A stretch of 64,000 nucleotides of DNA from Escherichia coli. GTDB taxonomy: Bacteria; Pseudomonadota; Gammaproteobacteria; Enterobacterales; Enterobacteriaceae. The notes below the pieces were generated by a model, which saw nothing but the letters and a program-made list of their open reading frames with translations, was not told the origin of the DNA and did no database searches. Positions 31,622-40,821 of this stretch are shown in pieces (positions within the stretch are counted from its first letter, which is position 1; each line of letters opens with the position of its first letter). Both the position numbers and the translations under genes were made by a program. The stretch is taken from NCBI RefSeq assembly GCF_044324785.1, contig NZ_CP172127.1. One strand, given 5' to 3'.

Positions 31622-32538
31622 TAACATCAACAGTTCAGAATTCGATAGTGAAAACTATTGATATGAGTCTGCTGCCGCCGCCAGCATTCGTTAAAACCCC
31701 GTTATTTTCAGATGTTAAATCTAAGCTACTGTCAGATCTGCAGATATTATATCCACAATTTAACGCACTCCTGGAGTCAGACCCGGCAGTTAAACTGCTG
31801 GAAATAGTTGCATACAGAGAAATCATTATTACAGCTCGGGTAAATCAGGGGATGTTCGCGGTGTTACTCGCGTTTGCAAAAGGGAGTGACCTCGACCAGA
31901 TTGGCGCTAATTTTGACTGTCTGCGGCTGTTGATAACGCCAGCTAATCCTGACGCAATCCCCCCGACTGAGGCGGTTTACGAGAGTGACGACGAGTATCG
32001 TCATCGCATACAGCTATCATGGTATGCGCGGAATACTGCTGGCAGTACGAACGCGTATAACTATTTCGCGCTATCGAGTGATCCAGACGTTTTGTCTGCT
32101 CAGGCATACGGCCCCCCCGTGACCCAACCTGGATACGTCGATATGTATGTCCTGTCGCGAACCGGCGACGGCACTCCGCCTCAATCACTACTGAATACAG
32201 TTAATGCAGCGCTGTCTCCTGATGACACCCGACCGCTAACCGATTTCGTTACAGTAAAACCTGCGTCGAACCTGAATTACCGGGTTGAGGCCGTTATCGT
32301 AGCGGGGCTCGGTCCCGACCAGAACGTGTTGCTCGACGGTGCTCAGAGCGATTTAGCTATATACGTGGCTACACAACATAAAATCGGGGCGACGGCAGCT
32401 CTGTCGGGAATTTACGATGCGATACACCGTGACGGCACTGAGCGTGTGATTCTGATATCGCCAACAGAGGATGTGATCGCTGGCGTCGGACAGGCCCCGC
32501 ACTGCACAGAAATCAAACTCAGCGTGCAAATGGGGTAG
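31618..32538 (+). CDS. Baseplate protein J
   Basis: 306 aa following gpW. SDPAVKLLEIVAYRE and later motifs fit the baseplate J-like family. Confidence 0.8.
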   Translation: MITSTVQNSIVKTIDMSLLPPPAFVKTPLFSDVKSKLLSDLQILYPQFNALLESDPAVKLLEIVAYREIIITARVNQGMFAVLLAFAKGSDLDQIGANFDCLRLLITPANPDAIPPTEAVYESDDEYRHRIQLSWYARNTAGSTNAYNYFALSSDPDVLSAQAYGPPVTQPGYVDMYVLSRTGDGTPPQSLLNTVNAALSPDDTRPLTDFVTVKPASNLNYRVEAVIVAGLGPDQNVLLDGAQSDLAIYVATQHKIGATAALSGIYDAIHRDGTERVILISPTEDVIAGVGQAPHCTEIKLSVQMG

Positions 32539-32540
32539 CC

Positions 32541-33167
32541 ATGACAAGTCAAAGCGTACTGCCTCCGAACGCAATAACCCCCGAGAGAGCGCTGGAATCT
32601 GTTTTATCTCACGTTGGCGATCTGCCTGGCGATATTCGAATTATTAAAAATCCCGATTTGTGTCCTGCAAATCTGTTGCCGTGGCTGGCGTGGGAATACG
32701 CCGTCACCTACTGGAACCCCGACTGGAGCGAGCAGCAAAAACGCGAAATTATTAAAGCAGCTGCGTGGCAGAACAAGCACCGCGGAACGCGTGGAGCTGT
32801 TGAACGAGCGTTATTAACAGTTGGATTTGAGAGCAAAATGAGAGAGTGGTTTGAAGCCACGCCGAGGGACGACCCGTATACATTCGCAATTAAAATATAT
32901 CTGCTAAAAAGTATAGGGTTAGATTTAGAGCTATTGAATACATTTATAGCGCAAATATTTGATGCAAAAAATTGTCGTTCATTATTAAAGGAAATAAATT
33001 TCGAAACGGGTGTCGATGGTGAGTTTTTTATAGCCGGTACACCTTACGCGAAAATAGACGTAAACGTCCCAGCAGACGGCGACGGCGGTGTAAAAATTAA
33101 CGGCGGGCTATATATATCGGGCTCACCAATTGTTAGTTTAAATGTGGAGATAGGGCCAAATGGCTGA
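32541..33167 (+). CDS. Tail protein I
   Basis: LLPPNAT-type N-terminus (VLPPNAITPERALE), LLPWLAWEY...W...W.E..KR fits P2 gpI. Confidence 0.8.
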   Translation: MTSQSVLPPNAITPERALESVLSHVGDLPGDIRIIKNPDLCPANLLPWLAWEYAVTYWNPDWSEQQKREIIKAAAWQNKHRGTRGAVERALLTVGFESKMREWFEATPRDDPYTFAIKIYLLKSIGLDLELLNTFIAQIFDAKNCRSLLKEINFETGVDGEFFIAGTPYAKIDVNVPADGDGGVKINGGLYISGSPIVSLNVEIGPNG

Positions 33168-34284
33168 AAATAAAATTTACGCAGTACTGACAGACCGTGG
33201 CGCACAACTCGAGGCCGCTGCCCTGGCGTCAGGCGTTCCAGTGGTGCTGAACAAATTTGTTATCGGTGACGCGAACGGAAACGACGATGTAACACCAGAC
33301 CCTGCACGAACAGCATTAATTCACGAGACGTATCGCGGTGATATTAAATCGTCAGAAAATAGCGGTAATCAGGTTATTTTTACGCTATACGTACCACCGG
33401 AAACCGGCGGCTATACTATCCGCGAAGTGGGAATACTGACAGATAAAGGTGAACTGTACTCTGTAGCGCGTTCGCCGGATATTTTAAAACCCACGGACAG
33501 TAACGGCGCGCTGATTTCAATCACGTATAAATACACTCTCGCGGTGTCCAGCACCTCTACAGTTAATGTTGTAGTATATGACAACTACGTAACTCCCGAA
33601 GCAGCTGACAAAAAATATTTGCAGATAAGTAAAAACTTATCTGAAATTTCCGCAAATGGTGAAACTGCTCAGCAGGCTGCGCGGAAAAATATTGGTATAG
33701 ATGGGGATGTTGCATATAGAGATAAGAGTAATACATTTACAACTCAAAACACTTTCAAAGACGATGTTTTTTTTGAAGATATTTTGATTTCTAAAAAACA
33801 AATAAATATAAATAAACCAGATACCAACTTGACATTATTTTCGCTTGCGGGCTGGTCAGATGTGAGCGGTGATTATTTAGAAGTGTCGACGCGGGGGGGA
33901 AATAATCAAAACGTTTTTTATAGATTACGCGGAATTCACTATGACGGCCTGGTGTTACTGTGCGGCGGGCAGACGTATAAATATTGGAATGAGGGAAATC
34001 TTAAACCGGTTAAAACGATTAACGGGAAGTCCCCAGACGCTAACGGGAACGTCGCAATAACAGTAAGTAGCTCAGGGATACAGAACGTCCAGCTTGGCGC
34101 AGAGGTTGCTCACACACCGGCGAGTAATGAGGTTACGTGGGACTTTAAATGTCCGACCGGCTGTGTTCTTACTGGGATATATGTTCAGGAAACCGGCGAC
34201 AGCTCAGCTGATAATATCGGCGGTGTTTATTATAAACCGATCCAAAAATACATTAATAATGTATGGACTACGATTTCCGGATGA
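33160..34284 (+). CDS. Tail fibre protein (P2 gpH-like N-terminus)
   Basis: YAVLTDRGAQLEAAALASG..V.LNKFVIGDANG...IREVGILTDKGELYSV is the conserved gpH/tail-collar N-terminal domain. The C-terminal half is AT-rich and divergent. Confidence 0.8.
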   Translation: MAENKIYAVLTDRGAQLEAAALASGVPVVLNKFVIGDANGNDDVTPDPARTALIHETYRGDIKSSENSGNQVIFTLYVPPETGGYTIREVGILTDKGELYSVARSPDILKPTDSNGALISITYKYTLAVSSTSTVNVVVYDNYVTPEAADKKYLQISKNLSEISANGETAQQAARKNIGIDGDVAYRDKSNTFTTQNTFKDDVFFEDILISKKQININKPDTNLTLFSLAGWSDVSGDYLEVSTRGGNNQNVFYRLRGIHYDGLVLLCGGQTYKYWNEGNLKPVKTINGKSPDANGNVAITVSSSGIQNVQLGAEVAHTPASNEVTWDFKCPTGCVLTGIYVQETGDSSADNIGGVYYKPIQKYINNVWTTISG

Positions 34285-34287
34285 GTT

Positions 34288-34866
34288 ATGCAAAATTTAA
34301 AATCATTTAAGCTTGTAAAACCTAAAACGAAATTACTTAAACTTAGCGAGTCTGACGGACAAAATGTTTTGTATCTTCAGTCCGAAGACGGCCTGGATTG
34401 GTATGAATGCCAGTCACTGTATCGCGATGACACAGTAAAAATAATGTACGACAAAGAAAACATTATTCGATCAGTTGTTGATCGCCCGGTCCCGGAGCGA
34501 GGAAATACCTATTCTGTGAGCATGTTTTTCCCGATTGATATGAGTGTTACGGAGGTTGAGTTGAGCACATATCCTTCTGAGCTAACTCTCGACGGATCGT
34601 GGAAATTTGTTGACGGTGATGTATATCAAGATGAGCTCATTGTAAATGAGCGTATTTACAAAGAAAACTCCAAAAAAATTAATGAATTAGTCCGAGAGGC
34701 TCAGTCAGCAATTCTAAATTTACAAACGGCCATAGAGATTGATATTTCATCAGATGGTGATGAGGAAAAATTAATAGAATGGCGACGGTACCTGTGCGCG
34801 CTGAATAAAATAACAGCCACGGATCTGAGTCAGTCCCCACTTAACACGCCTTTACGACCAGCATAA
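34288..34866 (+). CDS. Tail fibre assembly chaperone (gpG/Tfa-like)
   Basis: 192-aa ORF directly after the fibre gene. C-terminal ...KLIEWRRYLCALNKI motif typical of Tfa proteins. Confidence 0.7.
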   Translation: MQNLKSFKLVKPKTKLLKLSESDGQNVLYLQSEDGLDWYECQSLYRDDTVKIMYDKENIIRSVVDRPVPERGNTYSVSMFFPIDMSVTEVELSTYPSELTLDGSWKFVDGDVYQDELIVNERIYKENSKKINELVREAQSAILNLQTAIEIDISSDGDEEKLIEWRRYLCALNKITATDLSQSPLNTPLRPA

Positions 34867-34878
34867 ATAGGGTACCTA

Positions 34879-36384
34879 ATGAGCACTAATTTTTTACACG
34901 GTATTCGCACGCTCGAATACGACGACGGCACAAAAGAGATTAGCACGGTAGATATTTCAGTTATCGGGATTGTTGGTACTGCACCGGATTCCGCGCAATC
35001 AACCAGTTCCGAGTTAATAACAGGGAGTGCTATTTTAAAAAACCGCCTGAAATTCACGGCGACGGGACAGGGGGTGAACGGCAATTCATGGAGCGTAGAG
35101 ATTCTCGAAACCGATCCGGACGGCTGCACGGCACTGTGGAGTGATATGCCCGACGGGAGTCGACGTTTATCAATATCAGTCGCACCGGCATCCGGCTCGC
35201 ACGGATACACCCCAGCAGAAATCGTGCAGGCAGTCACAATAGCAAACCCGCCTCCGGACCAATTATTTTTAACAATTACGGCAGTAGATGTCGAGGAGGA
35301 CGCGGGAAATGTGACTGCCTCACCGTTGCAATATTTAAGCGGCGGCAGTGATGAGGCGTTCCCAATTAATACCCCCGTACTTGTTGCCGGGAGTCCAAAA
35401 AAATCCGCTTTACTGGGTGAGCGCGGCACGTTGCCGAAAGATATTGCCGATATTTTCAATCAGGACAACGCCTTGCTTGTTGTTGTACGAGTAAAAGATG
35501 ACAAAGACACAACAAAACAACAGCAAAATATTATCGACGGTGTCAAGCAGCTGGAAAAATCGAAACAGTTAACCGAAGTCACACCGCGTATTATTATTGC
35601 ACCAGATTTTAGCGCAATTGATGCGATAGCCGCTCAGCTTGAGGTGGCCGCAAATAAACTCCGGGGGGTGTGTTATATAGACTCTCCGCGCGCTGCTACC
35701 CCTGCAGACGTTGTGAATCGCCGGCAAAAACTCGGCGGACGTGCTGAGTTGTTGCGTCCCCGTGTTTATTCAACTAGCGACGTCGGGGGGCAATCAAGAC
35801 CGTATTCTGCCATCGCTGCTGGTTTACGAGCCAGAATTGATAATGAAAAAGGGTTTTGGTGGAGTAAGTCGAATCAAAATATTTATGGAATAACAGGGCT
35901 TGAGCAGGTTGATGATTTCATTATTGGCGAGACAAACTGCACAGCGAACCTGCTGAACGCTAGTCAGGTCAGCACCATCATTCGCTATGACGGATTCCGA
36001 CATTGGGGTAACTATCTGTGCAGCCTGGATCCGCAATGGTCGTTTGAATGCGTTCGTCGAACAGCTGACGTAATTGAGGATTCTATAGCCCGGGCAATGA
36101 TGACCGATTTTATTGATCGCCCGATAGACCTGCATCTCGGAACAGACGTTGTCGAGTCGATAAACGCGTATCTGCATAAATTAGAGGAGCAGGGTGCGAT
36201 TAACGGAGGGCGTGCGTGGTTAGACGGTGAGCTGAATACAAAAGAAAGTCTGGCCGCTGGCAATCTTTATATTAATGTTGATTTTGGTCCGAAATCTCCG
36301 GCACAAACAATTACGTTAATGTACCGCATTAATAATGACTATACAGTTGAAGCACTAGCCTCACTTTTTAAAGAAACAGCCTGA
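34879..36384 (+). CDS. Contractile tail sheath protein (P2 FI-like)
   Basis: 501 aa, starting MSTNFLHGIRT.E....T..I......SVIGIVGTAP as in myovirus sheath proteins. Followed by a tube gene. Confidence 0.85.
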   Translation: MSTNFLHGIRTLEYDDGTKEISTVDISVIGIVGTAPDSAQSTSSELITGSAILKNRLKFTATGQGVNGNSWSVEILETDPDGCTALWSDMPDGSRRLSISVAPASGSHGYTPAEIVQAVTIANPPPDQLFLTITAVDVEEDAGNVTASPLQYLSGGSDEAFPINTPVLVAGSPKKSALLGERGTLPKDIADIFNQDNALLVVVRVKDDKDTTKQQQNIIDGVKQLEKSKQLTEVTPRIIIAPDFSAIDAIAAQLEVAANKLRGVCYIDSPRAATPADVVNRRQKLGGRAELLRPRVYSTSDVGGQSRPYSAIAAGLRARIDNEKGFWWSKSNQNIYGITGLEQVDDFIIGETNCTANLLNASQVSTIIRYDGFRHWGNYLCSLDPQWSFECVRRTADVIEDSIARAMMTDFIDRPIDLHLGTDVVESINAYLHKLEEQGAINGGRAWLDGELNTKESLAAGNLYINVDFGPKSPAQTITLMYRINNDYTVEALASLFKETA

Positions 36385-36401
36385 TAATTCGGAGAGTAAA
36401 T

Positions 36402-36914
36402 ATGTCAGACAGCAACGCTTACCGCGCGTTTGCGCTATTCGTGCAGGGCGAACGGGTTTTAAATTGTACTGAATATACTCCTGTCGATATGAAAATAATC
36501 GAGGACGAGTTTAAAACAGGCGCGATGGATACAGCTATCACATTAGATGGCGGTATGGAGAAAATGTCAGCCAGTTTTAAAGTTTCGGGTTCTGATTCTG
36601 GTGTTATGAGCTATTTCGGGTTAATACCGGGAGTCAAGACGCGGTTTGAAATTCGTAGTGCGTACACAGACTCCTATGGAATAAATTTTGAGCGTATTGA
36701 TACCTACGAGGGACTTATTACGGCAATCACTGATGACGCTCAGGGGACTGATTCAAAATCGTCAGTGGGGCAATCAGTAACGATTGCGCCGAGCTATTAT
36801 AAACGAGTTCAAAATGGACGAATTATTTACGAAATTCATCCTGCAAAAATGAAACGCGTTATCAACGGTGTTGATGTTCTTGCGGGCGTCGCTCGAATCC
36901 TTCATGTATATTAA
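36402..36914 (+). CDS. Tail tube protein (P2 FII-like)
   Basis: 170-aa ORF after the sheath gene. Size and order are as in P2. Confidence 0.8.
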   Translation: MSDSNAYRAFALFVQGERVLNCTEYTPVDMKIIEDEFKTGAMDTAITLDGGMEKMSASFKVSGSDSGVMSYFGLIPGVKTRFEIRSAYTDSYGINFERIDTYEGLITAITDDAQGTDSKSSVGQSVTIAPSYYKRVQNGRIIYEIHPAKMKRVINGVDVLAGVARILHVY

Positions 36915-36926
36915 AAGGTAAGTAAA

Positions 36927-37208
36927 ATGGAATCCTTATTAGACAGTATGACTATTACGCTCTCTCGACCGTTTATTATTAAGGGCGAGAGCTGCGATAC
37001 AATTACTATTCGCGAACCCAAATTACGCGACCGCATTATGTTCAGTAACGATAAAAGCAGTCTTGAAGAGCGGACAGCGACAATGCTGGCGCGCCTGGCA
37101 AATCTGGAAAGAGAGGATTTATATGCGCTCCCCGCGTGCGATTACGATCAACTGGAGGCCGCGTTTAACGAACTGGTAAAGCACCCGAAAGACCGACATC
37201 AGATATAG
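36927..37208 (+). CDS. Tail assembly chaperone (P2 gpE-like)
   Basis: 93-aa ORF between the tube and tape-measure genes, with an overlapping -1 frame extension. Confidence 0.75.
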   Translation: MESLLDSMTITLSRPFIIKGESCDTITIREPKLRDRIMFSNDKSSLEERTATMLARLANLEREDLYALPACDYDQLEAAFNELVKHPKDRHQI

Positions 37209-37339
37209 TTATTCTGATTCCGTTTATTGCGAAAAAACTTGCCATCCCGCCTGATACGCAAATGGACCTGCCGTATCGGGTTTTTAATTTCTATGTAGAC
37301 GAGGTCATGAAAACCGATGGCTATTTCTCAAAACTTTAA
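37169..37339 (+). CDS. -1 frame extension of the chaperone gene (gpE+E'-like frameshift product, C-terminal part)
   Basis: The -1 frame is open from 37169 to the TAA at 37337-37339. It encodes ...ILIPFIAKKLAIPPDTQMDLPYRVFNFYVDEVMKTDGYFSKL and runs into the tape-measure start. The slip site is not canonical by eye. Confidence 0.55.
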   Translation, partial: RTGKAPERPTSDIVILIPFIAKKLAIPPDTQMDLPYRVFNFYVDEVMKTDGYFSKL

Positions 37340-38957
37340 AACGCAGGTTGTATTCGGGGGGCGAATAGACCCGTCGTTTCGGCGCGGTACAACAGAACTC
37401 AACGACGCCATTCGGCAGACGTCGTCTACTGTCGGAAAATTAACGAAAAGCCAGGATAAATTAAAAGACAAAATCGCAGCAATGAAACTGGCAGGTAAAG
37501 ATGTCTCTGATTTATCTGCTCAATATCAAAAGCTGGACCGTCGGATAAAGGCGACAACGCAGGACCAGGAGGCGCTGAATACCCAGCTTGCTAAAAAACA
37601 GCGGCTGGAGAAGTGGACGGGGCGCGCAAAAGGTGCTGCAAAATGGGGCGGACGAGCCGCCGCAGGTGCGGTGAGGGCCACGGGACGGGGTATCAAATGG
37701 GGGACGCTGGGGGCCGTGGGTCTGCTCGGCGGCGCGGCTGCTGGCGCGCTGGCAATGAATGCAGAGACGTCAGAAAAACTCGGTCTGGCGAAGTCCTACG
37801 GTGTTGGCATCGAAAAATACGCTGCGTGGGAAAATATTGGTAAAGCTGCGGGCCTGAACGGCGAAAATGTTGGTGACCTGTCAGAAGAACTTACAAATAA
37901 AATCGGCGAAATCGGAAACGAAAAAAACCTGAACCCCATGTTGTTTCAAATTGGCTTGACAAAAAAACGGATGGCTAAATGGGATCGAGAAAAACAGTTC
38001 AATGAAGTTATGCGGCGTATCTCTGAAATGAAGGATGATCAACAGGCGGCGAGTCTGGCTGATCAGCTAATGGGGGGAGAGGCTAATAAAATAATGACCT
38101 ATATGCGGGCGACTGGTAAAAGCTGGGAGCAGACTATGTCGGACGCTCAAAAATCAAACCTGCTAACGAAAGAAGGGGCTGAGGGTGCAGCGCGCGCGCA
38201 CGTATCCGTCACGAATCTGTGGGGGGCAATCACATCGGGGCTGGCAGATACTCTCGGCAAAATCGGAGGGGAACTCGCGCCGACGTTTGACGCTATGCGA
38301 GACGGGCTGGCATCCTGGTTTAAAGAGAATCAAGGGGGGGTTGTTGATAGTATTAAAGAATGGGTTAAGCCAGAAAATATGAAAAAACTTTGGGAGGGGA
38401 TAGTCAGTTTTGGCGAGGCGTGCGTTAAATTCGGAAAAATAATTTGGGCAGTCGTAAAAAAACTGGAGTGGTTAATCCCGGACGAGAAAACAGACGAGGA
38501 ACAGCGCGTATATAACGAAGAATATAATAAAGCGTATCAGGAATTCATGGATAGTGGTGGTAAATATTCACCGAACCCAGGACTGGCAGCAGATAATGTA
38601 GCAAAAGCAAAAGCCGACGAAGCCGTGGATAATATGCGACACCCTGAACGTCTTGCTCGTGCAAAATCACAGGCTGAATCAATGCTCTCGTTTGCTAACC
38701 CGTTTACTGGATTAATAAATAAAGACTCAACGCCTGAATCACAAAACTCAGCAACGTTGAATATTGACGCGCTGAGACAGGCAGTCGCAACTCCAGCGCC
38801 AGAGCAAAACAATAAAATTGAAATCAATATTATCGGAGCAGCAGATCCACAATCAACACAGCAGGCTGCCGCATCGGGTGTGCTCGACGGGCTGAGACAG
38901 GTTGCGAGTTCGTACAATCGTGGTGCAATGTTTGATAAACCAGCGGCGGCGGGGTGA
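37317..38957 (+). CDS. Tail tape measure protein
   Basis: 546 aa, helical, with a Gly/Ala-rich hydrophobic stretch (GAVGLLGGAAAGALAM). Position after the chaperones. Confidence 0.85.
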   Translation: MAISQNFKTQVVFGGRIDPSFRRGTTELNDAIRQTSSTVGKLTKSQDKLKDKIAAMKLAGKDVSDLSAQYQKLDRRIKATTQDQEALNTQLAKKQRLEKWTGRAKGAAKWGGRAAAGAVRATGRGIKWGTLGAVGLLGGAAAGALAMNAETSEKLGLAKSYGVGIEKYAAWENIGKAAGLNGENVGDLSEELTNKIGEIGNEKNLNPMLFQIGLTKKRMAKWDREKQFNEVMRRISEMKDDQQAASLADQLMGGEANKIMTYMRATGKSWEQTMSDAQKSNLLTKEGAEGAARAHVSVTNLWGAITSGLADTLGKIGGELAPTFDAMRDGLASWFKENQGGVVDSIKEWVKPENMKKLWEGIVSFGEACVKFGKIIWAVVKKLEWLIPDEKTDEEQRVYNEEYNKAYQEFMDSGGKYSPNPGLAADNVAKAKADEAVDNMRHPERLARAKSQAESMLSFANPFTGLINKDSTPESQNSATLNIDALRQAVATPAPEQNNKIEINIIGAADPQSTQQAAASGVLDGLRQVASSYNRGAMFDKPAAAG

Positions 38958-39382
38958 CAATGAGTGATGCAATAAACGGTGCTGAGGATATCATGCTCGG
39001 TTTGGGTGATTTCATTTTTGCTATATCAACAGTAGCGTACAACAAACTGCAACGTAGTGACGCCTGGCGCTGGGCTCAGCAAACACGATTCGGGAAAAAC
39101 GACGCATTGCAGATAACCGGACGACCGAACCCCACAATCACGATCGATGGGAAAATAAACGCGTTATTCCTTGATGGGTGCGGCATTGGCTTGTTAACAG
39201 ATTTGCGGGCACTGGGGAACTCGGGAGAACCCCAGCAACTGGTGCTGGGGACCGGGGAGGTGAAGGGGTACTGGGTTATCAGGGAGTTAACAGAAACGCA
39301 AAACAGTTTTCTGAAAGGAGGGACCCCAAAATCGCAGGACTTTTCACTCACGCTCGAATATTATGGAGCTTCGCTAGATTAA
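38954..39382 (+). CDS. Tail protein U
   Basis: 142 aa. MLGLGDFIF...Y..L.R...WRW..Q.R fits P2 gpU. Confidence 0.8.
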   Translation: MTMSDAINGAEDIMLGLGDFIFAISTVAYNKLQRSDAWRWAQQTRFGKNDALQITGRPNPTITIDGKINALFLDGCGIGLLTDLRALGNSGEPQQLVLGTGEVKGYWVIRELTETQNSFLKGGTPKSQDFSLTLEYYGASLD

Positions 39383-39544
39383 TACAAAATCAAGCGCTAC
39401 CAGAGCACTTAACAAGTATAAAAATAATAAAAAAAACTACGAGCATAAATGTAAAACAACCTGATGGTATTTTTTTTTGACGCCGAAATACTAATACCTC
39501 TCCGACTACTAAAATTAATTCTCATTATGAAATCCTTTTAATTA

Positions 39545-39769
39545 ATGGGGCCCCAAATGATTACATACACTACACGGGACGGTGACCGTCTCGATCAGAT
39601 CTGCCTTGCTGTCTACGGGAGAACAGCAAAAACGACAGAAACCGTGTTATATCAGGTTTTAAATTACGGCGTAACGGATATGTGTGCCGTGTTTCGTGCA
39701 GGAGAAAAAATTGTTTTACCAGAAATCGACCCCGAACCGGCTAAAAAAGAAACGCAATTATGGGATTGA
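39545..39769 (+). CDS. Tail protein X
   Basis: TRDGDRLDQICLAVYG......VLYQVLN.N......VFRAGEKIVLPEI fits the gpX (LysM-like) pattern. The start may be 39557. Confidence 0.75.
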   Translation: MGPQMITYTTRDGDRLDQICLAVYGRTAKTTETVLYQVLNYGVTDMCAVFRAGEKIVLPEIDPEPAKKETQLWD

Positions 39770-39772
39770 TGA

Positions 39773-40816
39773 ATGAGTGATTACGTAAATACTGGCGTGG
39801 AAGCATGGAAGCCCAATTTTTATATATCTGCTGATAATGAAAACATCACGGATAAAATAAGAAAAGGTTTGATCAATATCACGCTCACAGATTATGGTGG
39901 TTCGAGTAAACAGACAGACGAATTACGCGTAGCAATCGTTTCTGAAACTCTGAAAATTCCGGCCCGCGGAGTAAAAATCAGTATTGGGCTCGGTTTCGGT
40001 AATCAGATAATTGATAAGGGTGTATACATCGTTGATGGTGCGAGCAGTGGCGGTGAACCCCGGGTAGTTGATTTCACAGCAAAAGCAGCTCCGATGAACG
40101 CATCAAAAGGCTCTCCGACAGTTCAGAGCAAAAAAACTCGCTCCTGGAGCGACGTCACTGTCAGCAATATCGTTGCAACAATAGCGAGCGATAACGGGCT
40201 AAAACCTCGCGTATCAAAGCGGTTTGCAGACAACATTATCACGCAGCTCGATCAAGTCGGCGAGTCAGATATGCACCTGATGTCGCGGCTCGCAACGAGA
40301 TTCGATGCGGTGAGTAAACCCGCGGGCGGGTACTGGATATTCCTGCCGCGCGGCGCGGGCGAATCTGTTAGCGGAGCACCGCTTCAGCACTACACGCTCA
40401 CGCGTCGTGATAACTCAAGCTGGGGTTATTCGAGAAATGGACAAAACGGTGATAGTGGCGGAGGTGGCGAAAATGCGGAGCCAACGTATTTGATCAAATA
40501 TCACGATACAGCAACGGGGCAGATCAAAGAATTGCGTACGGGCAGTGGCGGCGATCCTGTAATCGAGTGGCCGGCAGTGGAGCCGTCGCTTGATGCAGCG
40601 AAAGAAGCTGCGCCAGGACTCAAGGGCGGTGCAGCTAAAAAAGAGTTCTCCATGACTTACACGACGCCCGCGACGCTCGATTTAGTATCGCTGACTGCAG
40701 AATGCAAAGTCACAACACAAGGATTCGGGACAGAGGAGGACCGAGACTGGACAATCAATACGTTGACGCTGACGCTGGCTGAAAACGGATTCTCTGCGCG
40801 ACTGTCGCTGGAGTAA
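39773..40816 (+). CDS. Tail/late control protein D
   Basis: 347 aa. PNFYISADNENIT..I...L.NITLTD..G...D.L and its position after X/U fit P2 gpD. Confidence 0.8.
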   Translation: MSDYVNTGVEAWKPNFYISADNENITDKIRKGLINITLTDYGGSSKQTDELRVAIVSETLKIPARGVKISIGLGFGNQIIDKGVYIVDGASSGGEPRVVDFTAKAAPMNASKGSPTVQSKKTRSWSDVTVSNIVATIASDNGLKPRVSKRFADNIITQLDQVGESDMHLMSRLATRFDAVSKPAGGYWIFLPRGAGESVSGAPLQHYTLTRRDNSSWGYSRNGQNGDSGGGGENAEPTYLIKYHDTATGQIKELRTGSGGDPVIEWPAVEPSLDAAKEAAPGLKGGAAKKEFSMTYTTPATLDLVSLTAECKVTTQGFGTEEDRDWTINTLTLTLAENGFSARLSLE

Positions 40817-40821
40817 ATGAA

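Noticed and set aside
34830-35459. 209-aa minus-strand ORF across the Tfa/sheath junction
   Set aside because: Overlaps two well-supported plus-strand structural genes. The sequence is low-complexity and looks like an antisense artefact.
39409-39525. Small minus-strand ORF in the gpU-gpX gap, first read as a 45-aa hydrophobic (type I toxin-like) peptide
   Set aside because: Recounting the T8 run at 39471-39478 changes the frame. The true ORF is 38 aa (MRINFSSRRGISISASKKNTIRLFYIYARSFFYYFYTC) with no TM helix. Not credible without expression data.
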